Source of the DNA: Camelus ferus
Lineage: Eukaryota
Reading direction: 5' to 3'
Length of the DNA: 64,000 nt
Assembly (NCBI RefSeq): GCF_009834535.1
Contig: NC_045696.1
Coordinates: 76,882,001-76,946,000 of the forward strand
Shown here: one piece after another, positions 12,354 through 25,255 of the stretch
How the letters are laid out: every line of letters begins with the position of its first letter
Position numbering within the stretch: position 1 is the stretch's first letter
Made by a program: the position numbers and the translations under genes
Notes under the pieces: generated by a model
Database searches by the model: none
The model's input: the letters and a program-made list of their open reading frames with translations, nothing else
What the model was told of the DNA's origin: nothing

Positions 12354-14053
12354 AATTTAAACAAGGAGTTAAAAGTTGTATACCCTGAAAATTATGAAGA
12401 CATTGATAAAAAAAATCATAGAAGACACAAATAAATGAAAAGATATTTTGTATTCATGAATTCTAAGAGTTAATAAGGTTAAAATGTCCATACTAGCCAA
12501 AATCATCTATAGATTCATTTCAACCCCTATGAAAATCCCAATGCTATTTTTCACAGAAATAGAAGTTGAACTCCTAAAATTTGTATAGAACCACAAAAGA
12601 TCCTGAATAGCTAAAGGAATCCTGAGAGCAAAGTACCAAATCAGGAGGTATCACACTTCCTGATTTCAAACTATATTATGAAGCTATAGTAATCAAAATA
12701 GTATGGTATTGTCATAAAACAGACACATAGATCAATAGAACAGAATAGAAATCTCAGAAATAAACCCACACATAGATGGTGAATTATTTTATAACAGAGG
12801 AGCCAAGAATACAATAGGGAAATGATAGTCTCTTTAATAAATGGTATTGGAAAAACTGGACAGCCACATGCAAAAGAATGAAATGGAAACCTTATCTTAT
12901 ACTGTACACAAAAATCAACTCAAAATGAATTTAAGAGTTGAATGTAAGACCTGTATCTGTACAACTACTAGAAGTAAACATCAGCGATAAGCTGTTTGAT
13001 ACTGGTCTTGGCAATGGTTTTTGGATTAGACACTGAAAACAAAAATAAACAAATGTAACTTCATTAAACTAAAAAACTTCTCACAACAAAAGAAATAATC
13101 AGCAAAATAAGAAGGCAGTTGTGGAATGGGAGAAAATAATTGCAAACCATGTATCTGCTAAGGGGTTACTATCCAAAATATATGTATGTATAAAACACAT
13201 TACAACTCAATAGCAAAGACAAACCTAATTGTTAACCTGATTTAAAAATGGACAAATAATATGAATAGATATTTCTTCAAAGAAGACTGTAAATAACCAA
13301 CAGGTATATGGCAAGGTGCTCAATATCACTAATCATCAGAGAAATGCAAATGAAAATCATAACGAGCTACCATCCCACATATATGAGAATGGCTATTATC
13401 AAAAGGACAAGAGATAACAAGTGTTGGCAAAGATATGGAGAAAAGGGAGTTCTTGTGTACTGTTCGTGGGAATGTAAATTGGTGCAGCTACCATGGTAAA
13501 CAGGATGAACTTTCCTCAAAAAATTACAAATAAACCTACCGAATTATCCAGCAACGCTACTTATGGCTACATACCCAAAGGAAATGAAATGAGCATCTCA
13601 AAGAGATAGCTGCACAACCATGTTCATTGCAGTGTTATTCACACTATAACCAACATATGGAAACAATCTAAGTGTCTGTAAATGGATGGATGGGTAAAGA
13701 AAATGTGGTGTAAATGTAAAATGGAATATTATCCAGCCATAGAAAGATGGAAATCCTGCTTTTGCAACGATGTAGATGGACCTTGAGGGTGTTACGCTAA
13801 GTGAAATAAGTCAGACAGAGAAAAACAAATACTATATGATCTCACATGTGGAATGTAAAATATGTCAAATTCACAGAAGCAGAGAGTAGAATGATGGTTG
13901 CCAGGGGATGAGAGGGTAGGAAAAATGAGGAGATGTGAAAGGGTATAAACTTTCAGTTATAAGATGAGTAAGTTCTGGGGATCTAATGTGCCTTGTAGAG
14001 ACTATAGTTAATAGCACTATACTGTATATTTGACGTTTTCTAAGAGAATAGAT
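12354..14053 (+). mobile_element. Older L1 (L1MA9-like) ORF2 3' part and 3'UTR
   Basis: Degraded ORF2 (ORF 13308-13499 [11 protein letters not shown]…KCWQ) and a 3'UTR containing AAACTTTCAGTTATAAGATGAGTAAGTTCTGGGGATCTAATG. The terminal part of the 3'UTR is missing. Confidence 0.85.
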
Positions 14054-14692
14054 TTTATTTTATTTTGATTAATTTATTTTTTAAATTGAAGTACAGTCAG
14101 TTACAATGTGTCAGTCTTTGGTGTGCAGCACCATGTCCCAGTCATGCATATACATACACATATTCGTTTTCGTATTCTTTTTCATTAAGGGTTATTAAAA
14201 ATATTGAATATAGTTCCCTGTGCTACACAGAAGAAACTTGTTTTTTTTTTTTAATCTATTTTTATATACAGTGGCTAACATTTGCACATCTCAAACTTCC
14301 AAATTTATCCCTTCCTATCCCCTTTCCCTGGTAACCATAAGATTGTTTACTATGTCTGCAAGTCTGTTTCTGTTTTGTAAATGAGCTCATAGTGTCTTTT
14401 TTTTCCTTTTTATTTATTTTTTTAAGATTCCATATATGAGTGATATCATATGGTATTTTTCTTGCTCTTTCTAGCTTACTTCACTTAGAATGACAATCTG
14501 CAAGTCCATCTATGTTGCTGCAAATGGCATTATTTTATTCTTTTTTTATGGCTGAGTAGTATTCCATTATATATATGTCACAACTTCTTTATCCAGTTAT
14601 CTGTCTATGAACATTTAGGCTGTTTCCATGTCTTGGCTACTGTAAATACTACTGCTATAAACATTGGGGTGCCTGTATCTTTTTGAATTGGA
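14054..14692 (-). mobile_element. 5'-truncated lineage-specific L1 (3' end)
   Basis: T-rich tail, then the reverse complement of the L1 3'UTR and ORF2 end (GAATATAGTTCCCTGTGCTA, ATGTTGCTGCAAATGGCATTA). No TSD seen. Confidence 0.88.
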
Positions 14693-15700
14693 GTAGGGAA
14701 ATGTAAATTAAAATCACAATAAGATACCATTATACAACTCAGTATGATGGCTTAAATAAAAATATCAAATGCAAAACAGAAATAGACTCATAGACATAGA
14801 ATACAAACTTGTGGTTGCCAAGGGGGCAGAAGGTGGGAAGGGATAGACTGGGATTTCAAAATTGTAGAATAGACAAACAAGATTATACTGTATAGCACAG
14901 GGAAATATATACAAGATCTTATGGTAGCCCGTGGAGAAAAAAATGCGACAATGAATATATATATATTCATGTATAACTGAAAAACTGTGCTCTACACTGG
15001 AATTTGATACAACATTGTAAAATGATTATAAATCAATAAAAAATGTTAAAAAAATCAAATGCTTTTGAGGATGCAGAGCAACTGGAAATCTCATACCTTA
15101 TTGGTGGGAATGTAAAGTAGTACAGACAATCTGAAAAACAATTTGGCATGTTTATTTTTTTAATGTGAGCATGTGCTTACCATATGCCTCAACTATGCCA
15201 CCTTATTTTACTTAAGTTAATTCTTCTTCACGTAGAAACCTGTAGATCAATGTTCATATCTTCTCTACTCATGATCTCCAAAAAAGAGGGAGCAAACTAA
15301 TGCAATGAGTGAATAGACAAACTGAGGTCCAACTATACAATGGAAAACTATTTTGCAATAGAAGGGAATGTACTATTAACATGCAATAACTTGGCATTTT
15401 TCTGAGGGAGAGAAACCAGTCTCAGAAAGTTGTGTACTGTATTATTCCATTAGTATGACACTCTGAAAAAGACAAAGCTGTAGCAATGGAAAAAAGATCC
15501 ACGGTTGCTGGGGGTTAAAGTTTGGGGAAAAGGGGACTACAAATGATAGCAGAAGGAAGTTTTCAGAGGTGATAGAATAGTTGTATCTTTACCGTGGTGG
15601 TAGTTGAACAAATCTGTACATGTGTTAAATTTATAGAACTGTGCACAAAACAAGTCAGTTTTAATGTGAATTAAAATAAAATTTAAAATAATGTAAAAAA
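14693..15700 (+). mobile_element. Ancient L1 (L1MC/L1MD-like) ORF2 end and 3'UTR
   Basis: …GGGAAATGTAAATTAAAATCACAATAAGATACCA…GAGGATGCAGAGCAACTGGAAATCTCATAC…, then a 3'UTR ending in an A-rich tail. Split by the 14773-15053 insertion. Confidence 0.75.
14773..15053 (+). mobile_element. Short 5'-truncated young L1 (3'UTR only)
   Basis: Highly similar to 12075-12335. TSD ATCAAATGC at 14764-14772 and 15054-15062. Confidence 0.9.
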
Positions 15701-16769
15701 TAATGTTTGTGTTACCCTACTAGTGTGGATTTAAATTTTATTATTTAAATATGTAACAGCCTAAAACTAGTTGTGTATTATAGTTGTAACTCCTATGCAA
15801 CCAAAAAACCAAAATGCATTTGCAAAATAAATACAAATTGCAAAACTGTTAAAGTTCGAAGCACTATTAATTTAATATGACAGATAATATTTGGCTGAAA
15901 CTTCTCTCCTGGTGTGATTCTCATCTGACCATTCAAGCACAGATTCTTTTGAGTTCAGCCTGTTTATACTATTTAGTCATTCAGTTATTTTACATTTCTG
16001 TTCTAAATAGAATAAAGTCTTTGTTTATAGGGTGAACTTTTGAAGTCATTTGACTTTTGCTTGGCAAATTGCATCATTGATTTGTTTCATTTTTGCCTAA
16101 GGCAGTTAAAGTAGCTTTATTTCACACTGATGTGATTGTCAACACAAATGCAGGTGTGGATAGTGAAATCACAAGGCAGAAAGCCCACAGTTGAAAGATG
16201 ACCTCCAGATGATCCAGAATACATGCATATGTCTGTGTTTATATATGCCAGTTGCTAAGCAAATTGAAAACATCAGATTAAAATGATTTTGTGTAGAACT
16301 CATGATCACTAACAACATTTTGATATTCAGATATTTGCAGAAACACTCAACTGAAGCCTTCGGGGGAGTTGGATAAAAAATGCCTGTACATTTTTGAGTT
16401 TTAAAGCAATAATTACCCATTTGACACTTAGAAGATTACAACCTAGGCACTATTTGAAGTAGAGGGGTTTTGCTCTGGGATGCTTCTTCCATGGTGTCTG
16501 CAATCAACTCCTCTTGGTTTCTCCTTCACCCTATGTTCCTAATGTCTCTGTGGCATCCTGGTGCTTGCTGTTCCAAGTTGGAATTACTCCCTGATCAGAC
16601 CCTTGAACAGAAATTATTTTATGTTATCTTCATCCATCTCTTATTTATTTTATTATACAAAGATTTATCTTTTCTGGAGTTTCTCTGAATGGAATCATGA
16701 TTTTGGTTTTTGTGTCTGCTGCTTTTGCGCCGCATGTTTTTGAAATTCATTGTTGGGCTTTGCTTATGT

Positions 16770-17235
16770 TTCAGTAAAGTGAAATACTGTTTTACATTCC
16801 CCGCAGTGATATTTGAGCATTCCTTTTGCTCCATATCTTCACCAAAACTAAGTATTTTGATGTTCAAATGTTCAAGTTTTGGCCATTGGGAACTCTTCTG
16901 GATCCCTTTGATATAATTTCATTGTGTGTGTGTTTGTGTGTTTGAACACTTTGTTGTTTTTGTCACTTCAAGATACTACACTTGTAGAACTCCTGCCCCA
17001 GTTCTAAAATCAACCATTTCTTCATGGAACCTTGGTCCTATGTAATGGAGAATGGTATTAGAAACCAAGACTAGGTTGTTAGGTGTGCTTATTGCTATAG
17101 CAGTTTCATTTATTTTAAGCCCTCTCAGATGACAGAGCAAAAAAAAAAATTGTGTGTATACTAACCAGTTTATCTATACATGTCTATAAATACTTCTGTA
17201 GGTACTATCTGTATCTATATTAAGTTAACCACATG
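16770..17235 (-). mobile_element. Ancient L1 3' region (L1MC4-like)
   Basis: AATCAACCATTTCTTCATGGAACCTTGGTCCT…GGAGAATGGTATTAGAAACCAAGA…AGGTGTGCTTATTGCTA, typical of reversed L1MC 3'UTRs (recalled). Confidence 0.65.
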
Positions 17236-17364
17236 ATTAATTTCATAGCACGTAGAAAGCTCTGGCTTCTTCCTCTTGTTTCTTTGTAACTACCTGCTCC
17301 AACAGGGAGAACAACTGCTATTTTTAATATTTATCTTTATTAATATGAATCCTGAATACACACA

Positions 17365-17853
17365 TGCAGTTTCTGGAGCAGAGCAGATTGTTATTTGCTG
17401 TAAAGCAAATAATAACCATGTGGTTATTCCCCTGTGCTCCAATTCTTACCCCTGGAGCATCAGGATGAGAGCTGGACAGACAAACCTACACATAGAGTCT
17501 ATATTGCAGGTGACGAATCTCCCTGAAAGGAATCTGAGTGCTTACATACATGCTGTCCTCCTCTCTTCCTGAAAGGAAGCTGCATAAACCTTTGTTCCTC
17601 CAGAAGGACTTCCCTTCAGAATGTAAATAAATCTCTCTAAGCAAAAGATAATGATTGTCTCCATCTTTACCACCAAGTATGTCTCCCTGGTCCCAGGTCT
17701 CAGCCTCTCTGAGAAATGGAAACACATACCTCTTGAGAGGTAAATCTCCCTGGAATTTTCTCCAGCTAATCAATCATTAATTACTTTTCAGTGCTTGCTT
17801 TTAGCCCAGGTTCCAAGTTCAATAAAACTTGCTCAGACATCCGTAACTTTTCA
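17365..17853 (+). mobile_element. Possible ERV solo LTR
   Basis: TG…CA-bounded ~490 bp with AATAAA at 17821 shortly before the CA end and LTR-like composition. No TSD found. Confidence 0.35.
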
Positions 17854-20489
17854 GAAAAACAAAAACATTTTTTCTATAGCCTCATATACAGATGAGGAAA
17901 GTGAAGCTCAGACAGGTTAAAACTTGCAAAAGTCACGAGTGCTGAGAGTGGGATGTAAACTGAACTGAGTCCAAAGCCTGCGTCTTTTCAATCAGTAGCT
18001 TAGTTCCAGAGAAGACTTGCTTGTCACACTTAGCTATCACCAGATGTTTCAAGAGCATAATTAACCCAGTCCTTTGACCCTGCTCTGTTCACATTCCTTC
18101 CTTGGTCTGACCACCTCCTATTTCTTCATTAGTTAGCTCTGCAGAGTTTTGCTTTCTGTTTATTTCCAACATTTATTCAGTAGTGACTTTGTGTTTCTAG
18201 TATTTTGGTGCATCTCTTAAAGTATTTTTAAAAATATACCTTGCTTTCTAGAACTTGACAAGGTATGGTATGTCTTCTTTAGATCGTAGAGATCTTAGGA
18301 AAGACTAGGTAATACTGGAATGATGCTCTGATAAGCAAAACCATTACTGCTGTCTTGGGAATGGTTTCCTGGTCTAGTGTGAATAGTCATCGGCAGTGTT
18401 AAACATACCAGCCATTTCCCACATATTCTTCTTCCTTGATACTCCAGTGTATTTCATGCTTATTCTAACCTCATTTTTTGTTATTCCTGTTTCCTGGAAT
18501 GGTTTGTACTTACTTAAACAGTAATGCTCAAGGTCAGGGTGTGAGCTGTAAATAGTTATTCAGAAGCCTGTAAAAATCCCAGTAGTATTTCTACATGATG
18601 AGGTACAAGACAAAGTCTATAACTGACATTTTTACTGGTACGTTCTCTTCAATCGTCCTGCCATATAGAGGACTCAGGAAGACTTTGCAATGTTAGGAAG
18701 TTTTTCACATTGCTTTAGAGGGTTTTGTGCATTTCAATCATGGACTCATATTCAGAACTACTATTTAATTCCTGACAGTTATTTAGATTTGACAATTCCT
18801 GGTTTAGCTGTTATCTGTCTTCCTGTCCTTTCAAGAATGTGATGATAATGCAGACTCCTTTTATAAAATGTAAAGGACTCTGGACGGTTCTTGTAAATGT
18901 TCACCTGCAAACCTAATTTTTTTTTTTTTTTTTTTTTTTGCCGTTGTAACATTAGAATAAAAGCTCAGGAGGAAACAGCTCACTGATCCTGCTTTAACTA
19001 GTTCCTAGAGTGTGTTTTGTTGCAGGAATGACTATAGACCTGTGACTGGGGGGGTCTGCCTTCCTGCAGGTGAGAATAGCTAAGAGGCTATGGTGGAGCA
19101 GGAAGTCTTTTCAAGCAGTGTAGTCAGGGTCCCTGAAGTGACACAGCCCTCTGCTTAGCTGCAGTGGCTATGGTGCCTGTAGTTAACACAGTTCCGCTCT
19201 CTGGAGCTCAGACGTTTAGAGAGCTGTGTGAAGCCTTTACTCTAAGCGGTCCGCAGTCACCAGTGAACACCACACGATGGTGTGGCTACCTCTGCTGCTG
19301 TTTCCAGTAACTGCCAGACTGATGGGCATTTGTCTGTCATATAGTCAGTAGCATACTCCCAGCACTATTCTGATAGAAAGTGACTTCTTGATTCTTCTTT
19401 TAGTTTCCTGCCTTCTTTCTCCTAAAAGTCTGACTGCACTTCATGACCAACTGGCTGAATGCTGATTGCCAAAGATAATTGTTAATTTCAAATACATTTC
19501 CATCTGCTTACCTCTGCTACTTTATTTGAAAATCTCAGTTGTTGAAGGCACATGAAACATATAAGTGATCTTCCCAATTTAAGATCATACACATAGGTAA
19601 AATAAATGATTCTTTTCAAATAAAATTAAAAAAAAACTACAACATTAAATATATCCTTTGTACAGAAGAGGTTTTCTTGGCTGACAGAACTCTACCCCTA
19701 CCCTCAACAAGTTAAGTACATAGCAGGAATAAAGACTATTTAGGAGTTTCAGAATGGTTCACCTTGTTCAGAAATCAATAGTAACTCAATTTTAATTTAT
19801 TGTAACAGCACGGAAGGACTCTGCCAGTATATCCTTTTGGTTAGAGGAAGGCTAAAACTTTCTTCCTTTTTGCTCATTCGTTCGTCCGTCCGTCCATCCA
19901 TCCATCCATCCGTCTTTAAGCTCTAAATGGAAATGCACTGGACAAGAACTCTGACTGCCTTAGCCTATGGAGAGGATGAAGACATGGTCTTTGCATTTAA
20001 GTATACCTCAATTGTTCATGGACTAAATGGATGAATGAATAACTTTTCTCTTTTTCTGGTGATTGGTAGTTTGAATATTGGGAGAGGAGAAATGTTGGAT
20101 ATTCTTTTAGCAAAGGCAGATCAGAGCTTCTGTATGGGTGGTAGCAACTTCTATATTATGTCTCCATCTGAGTTTATCCAGAAATAATTATAATAATAAC
20201 AGCAGCAATAATAAATGATAGAAACAATCTTACAAGATACAAACCCGTGCAAATAATTTTTTTCAGAGCTGCAAACTGTCACATTTAGAAAGTTGAAGCC
20301 ATTATTCGCCTATTTGCTGCAAACTTCAGATTCTTACTTAAGATCGATCCAAGAGGCAAAGCATTGTTCTTGGTGTCTTTATGATTTTTATACTTTGATT
20401 TTGCTCTACTACTGAAATGAGGAGGAGGAAATGGTATTTTTCATTTGTCCAAGGGATTTATACTTTTAACAGTCAAGTTGACTATGTGC

Positions 20490-21570
20490 AATTCAATTCT
20501 CAAATATTTTTTGACAATCTCTTATGGGCAAGGCACTCTGCTGTGTTCTCTGGGGAATGCAAAAAATGGGCAAGACAGGAAACACGGTCAAGTAGGGGGA
20601 ATAAGAATGTGTACAGATACCCATAATACAAGACAATGTGGTAAATGCTTTGAGAGAATAAAAAATGATACCTGTTGTCACACAGAAGAAAGGATATATA
20701 TTTGGGGGCTTACCAGAGAAGGATTTATGAAGGAAGAAATACTGGCCTTGAAACTGAGATTCATTAGTTAGAAATAAAAGTGGAGGCAATTCAAGGCAGG
20801 GTAAACCGTATCATCAACGGTCATTTGTTCCTTTGTTAATCAGATATTTATTGAGCACTTACAGTGCATAGTTTCAGTCTACAAGTAACTTGTAAGCTAG
20901 CTGAGAAGAAAGGCACCTAATATATACAATGGGATGTGATGAATTTAATAAAGTGGTGTGTACTGAGTATACTGGGAATGCAAAGAGAGAGAAGCAATTT
21001 ATTCTGGCTAGAAGAGGAAAGAGATTACATTTGACCGGGGCTTTGGGGAATAAATGGGATTTTATGGTGGAGGGGAGAGAGAATGGCATTTCAGAGAGAG
21101 GAAAGATCATATGAAGATCGTCCAAGCCAGGGTTTCTTATGTGATTCTTGAAACTCCTCTATCAGAATCAACTGTATGCTTATAATATATAGAGATTCTG
21201 AGCCCCTCTCCAGATCTACGGAATTACAGTCTCTCTCAATGGAACCTGGGATTCCCCTTCTACACATATTTTGGAGCTTGATAAATGTTGAAAATGGCTG
21301 ATCCAAGGATGGACTGACATGACTCCTTGGGGAAAAAGAGCAGTTTGGTATAGCTCATGCTTAAGGTGTGTATGGGACAGGATGGAAGAATGCTAGGGAG
21401 GGGAAAGGTGTTTTTGGCAACAGACAGCGCACTGTTTATTTGCAGCATAGCAGGAGCTGTGAGAGATAAGACTAAGGGACTTGTTGGCGCCAAATCCAGG
21501 AGAAACTTGAATAATGCATCCGCTTTGTTACTCAGATAACAGGGAGCCATTGAAATTCTGAAGTAGGTGA
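20490..21570 (-). mobile_element. Fragmented L2 remnants (interrupted by MER5)
   Basis: Reverse L2 tail-like motifs (ATATTTATTGAGCACTTAC, AAGGCACTCTGCT) and purine-rich L2 body pieces (AGGGAGCCATTGAAATTCTGAAG). Confidence 0.55.
21128..21300. mobile_element. hAT-Charlie MITE (MER5-like)
   Basis: CAG…CTG ends with the core ATCAGAATCA…GATTCTGAGCCCCTCTCCAGATCTAC. Degenerate 8-bp TSD GTCCAAGC (21120-21127) / ATCCAAGG (21301-21308). Confidence 0.65.
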
Positions 21571-22272
21571 GTGAAGTGTATAGGATATCACACACATGAA
21601 AACCCAAAATGTTTCCAAAGTTACCACTATGCCTTTCAAATGGGAGAATTAATAACAGTAGTTAAACTGATCGCTTTTTTCTCCTACAAATATGCGTAGA
21701 AGTTTTTAGGAAGCTTTGAAAAGATAGTCCAAATTCAATATCTTGTATCTGTCAGTTGTTATCTTGGATGTTGCCAGTAGATGTAGTATAGATCCTCTTT
21801 GTAATGCGTATTTAATGACTGCATTTTTGACTGTTCACAGCATAGCCTGAATATGCGTGAGTTGTTTTAATTTGTAAATTTAATGAAATCATTTTTGGCT
21901 GCTTGGGCTGTCAGGTAGAGATGGCAGACAGGGTAAATTGGCATGTAAATTGTAGAGGGACCACACTGGCATCACCGCATGGTTCTGTGAGCCTGTGGCC
22001 CTCCACTGTTGGCTGTACGCGAGCAGGTGTCTGCTGTGCTGGCAGTCTCGAATGTGAACACTTCTGCTGGTTATAGCTTTGAGGTAGGGAGGAAAAAGTT
22101 CACCTTCCTCTGTGACCTGTGTGTCATCTCCCTCTCGAGGGTCCTTGAAAATGTGACCTAATGGCTCCTCTTGTTATCTGAATGTCTGGAGTCATCACCA
22201 CTGTGCTCCTACCCTGGCCCCCACATTCTTATTTGGAGAGTCTGTTACCTTTGGCAAACCTCTTTCATGCTT

Positions 22273-22720
22273 TTTAATTAAAAAAAACTTTTTAAATTGA
22301 ATTATAGTCAGTTTATGACATTGTGTCGATTTCTGGTGTACAGCATAATGTTTCAGTCATACATATACATACATATTGAATGTAGTTCCCTGTGCTATAC
22401 AATAGAAACTTGTTTGTCTATTTTATACATAGCAGTTAGTATCCACATCTCTTAAACTCCCAGTTTATCCCTTTCCCACCCCCTTTCCCCTTTGGTAACC
22501 ATAAGTTTGTTTTCTATGTCTGTGAGTCTGTGTCTGTTTTGTAAATAAGTTCACCTGTGTCTTTTTTTTTTTTTTTTAGATTTCACATATGAATGATGCT
22601 GTATGGTTTTTTCTTTCTCTTTCTGGCTTACTTCACTTAGAATGATGATCTCCAGTTTCATCCATGTTGCTGCAAATGGCATTATTTTATTCTTTTTATG
22701 GCTGAGTAGTATTCTGTTGT
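22273..22720 (-). mobile_element. 5'-truncated lineage-specific L1
   Basis: Reverse L1 3'UTR and ORF2 end (IMPFAATW…). 13-bp TSD CTCTTTCATGCTT at 22260-22272 and 22721-22733. Confidence 0.92.
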
Positions 22721-23832
22721 CTCTTTCATGCTTGAAATCTGCCCGCACAATGCGAGATCTTGCCTTGGGGGTCAGGAGAGTAGCTCAGTGGCCTGAACAC
22801 TGGAATGTCCACCCTAAACCTTATGCAGTTAGGTCACCTGTGTGCCTTTCCACATTTCAGCCACACGAGGCTTAATCTTTGCACAGCTGAAAGAGTGACA
22901 AGGACCCTGCAAAACTCTTAAGTCTCTGCTGGAGGCTTCCTCAAGCAACACAGGATGCTCTCAGCCCACCTCAAGATGTTAAGTCTTCAGAATATGCTGG
23001 GGGCCACTTTAAAATAAATTTTTAAAACCTTGATTCTCTGTCCCATTCCTCTCCTCTAAAAGAAGAAAAAGGAGGTGGGAGATGATACGTGTCCACTGAC
23101 TTTGCTGCAGCACAGCTGATGGCCAGTTCCCAGGCTTTTCTTTGGTGAGCTGACTGCATACATATGCCAACCTGGCCACACAGGGTGGGTTTACCAAAGT
23201 GTAGGGGGTACCTTTGTGGGCCTAACGCAGCAAGAATCTCTGTGAGCGCCCATTACAGAAACCTTTCCCTTCCAACGCAGGTTGTCTCTAAAAGACATGA
23301 AGAGTGTGCGCATCCCCTAAGCACACCCCAAAGAGAAGCTGGAGTTGCTGCCCAGGGCTTGCCAGGAGGTGGCAGGCAGGGTAGTGGTAACATTTGTCAG
23401 GATAACCCACCTGGATAATTGAGCTTTGACTCTAACTGCAAACATTTTGTCCTTCATTATGGTCCCTGATGTGGCCGTGAGAGGGGCCAGCCAACCAGCC
23501 GGCCTCTGTGAAGATGGTGGGGCTTGGCTCTGAGCGGGGCAGAGAGAGGCACTTCTGTTGAATTACCCTGAGGACAAAGGCTCATTTTACAGTGCCTATA
23601 ATGGAAAAGTATCAATTTAAAAGCAAAGTACTAGACATTTGGGGTTATGTGAATCTCTCATGATACATCTCACACATTTCCGGAAGTTTTCTTACATTTC
23701 TAAAACCATCGACATCGAGAGTGCCTTTTTATAATTTAAATTTCCCAAATGCTGTTCATGCACAACAAAAACAAATAAGAAAATAGGTGTAGGAATAACT
23801 TCTTCATACATATACATTATATCTTATTCATA

Positions 23833-23858
<26 letters not shown>
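23833..23858. repeat. (TG)13 microsatellite
   Basis: Read directly from the sequence. Confidence 0.95.
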
Positions 23859-23863
<5 letters not shown>

Positions 23864-25054
23864 TGTGATTTGTTCTAGTGTTATGGATATTTCTCCCTCC
23901 CTATCTCAAGAAGACCTCCCTTGCCAATTGTCTTCTCAGCGTCAGGAGCCCTGGTGTGGAGAGGCAGCATTTCCTGTTCCCTCATGGTGGTTGCTGGTGA
24001 AACCTAGGCTTGTCAGGGAGGCATTATTGCTGGGAAATCTTCAGCAGTGAAGAATTGAGGAAAGACAGACTGGAGTAGGGAGATCATGTTGCGGGCAGGT
24101 GTATCCCCAGGAGTGTCCTTAGATGCGTTTCTGTGGACAGAAGCCACCCTGCGCAGGAAAACACCTGTGACGGGGGCTTGCTTCTCTCTGAGTGCAGGAG
24201 GCCAAGTGGGGCTGGTTGGGAGCTGCCCCGGGAGCACCTGACACCTGAAGTGCTGAGGCCTCAAGGAACACCTGCCTTCTGGGGGCCACGCGGGCCAGCA
24301 TGATTGATGGTCATTTCAGCAGGAACTGGTGTAGGGCAGAGAACCCCTCTGTGAATGCTTGTGACCCTTAGTGTTGCTATGGGGCTTCGGGAGGAGGGAC
24401 GAGGTGATGGAGCTCCAGTCATCACTGGGGTCATCAAGTTTCCTCTCTGCTTCGTGGGTTCATGATGAGAGATTAAATTAGATTTAGGAACATAAAGGAA
24501 TGGGGTGTTTTTACACCTTGATTTGTGGAATTCATGCACACTACAAATATATGGAGCACACAGTAATTTACTAAGAACATTCACATGTTACAACCATGAT
24601 TCACAAAGAGCAGGAGGGCATTAGGGAAGAGAAACTCAGAAGTGAAGTGAGTGTGGCCTTTTCCAGGGTCACACAGGTAATAAGTACAAGCTGCGGCTAC
24701 CGCATATCACATTGGGACACTTCAGAGAAATGAGCACTGAACTAGGAGACAGAAGATCTGGGGTCCAAACTAATTGTGTCACATACTCCTCTGTAACTTT
24801 TAGGCAAGTTGTTTGCCATCTGGAACCCCTTCTTACCTAACTAGTGAGGATGATGCCACAGCTGCCCTGCCCTGCCCACCTTACAAGGTCATTGTAAAGA
24901 GTATTTACAATATTGTATCTTATTATGCATAGGGAAGGATTTTGTGAACTCTAGTTTTAATAGGTGGTTATTCAGAAATTCTGTAATATTATTTATTAGG
25001 GTGAATAGAAAGGACATGTGCTGGCTGGCAAGGATCTACTACAAAGCTTCTCTT

Positions 25055-25255
25055 CCATGTTCAAGGCTCTGTGTTAAGATGCTTTACATACTTTGTGTAG
25101 AGCTCTTACAGCACCCCTGTGAAGTAGGTGTCACTTCTTCAATTTTACAGACGGACTTTGAGGATCAGGTTACTCAGCTGGCCACGTGGCCACCTGGTAA
25201 GAAGAAGGGTTGAGGTTTGAATTCAATTTATGCTGAGTCTTAGATCCCTGCTCTT
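25055..25255 (-). mobile_element. MIR SINE
   Basis: GCTTTACATA…CAGCACCCCTGTGAAGTAGGTG…ATTTTACAGA…GAGGTTTGAATTCA, the reverse MIR core. Other MIR remnants lie at ~139-262, 17885-17990, 24590-24910 and 25810-25970. Confidence 0.7.

Noticed and set aside
18917..18939. T23 run as a possible retrocopy tail
   Set aside because: No TSD or recognisable retroposed body adjacent.
22766..22800. GGAGAGTAGCTCAGTGG resembling a tRNA/SINE A-box
   Set aside because: There is no B-box, cloverleaf, A-tail or TSD, and the match is too short.
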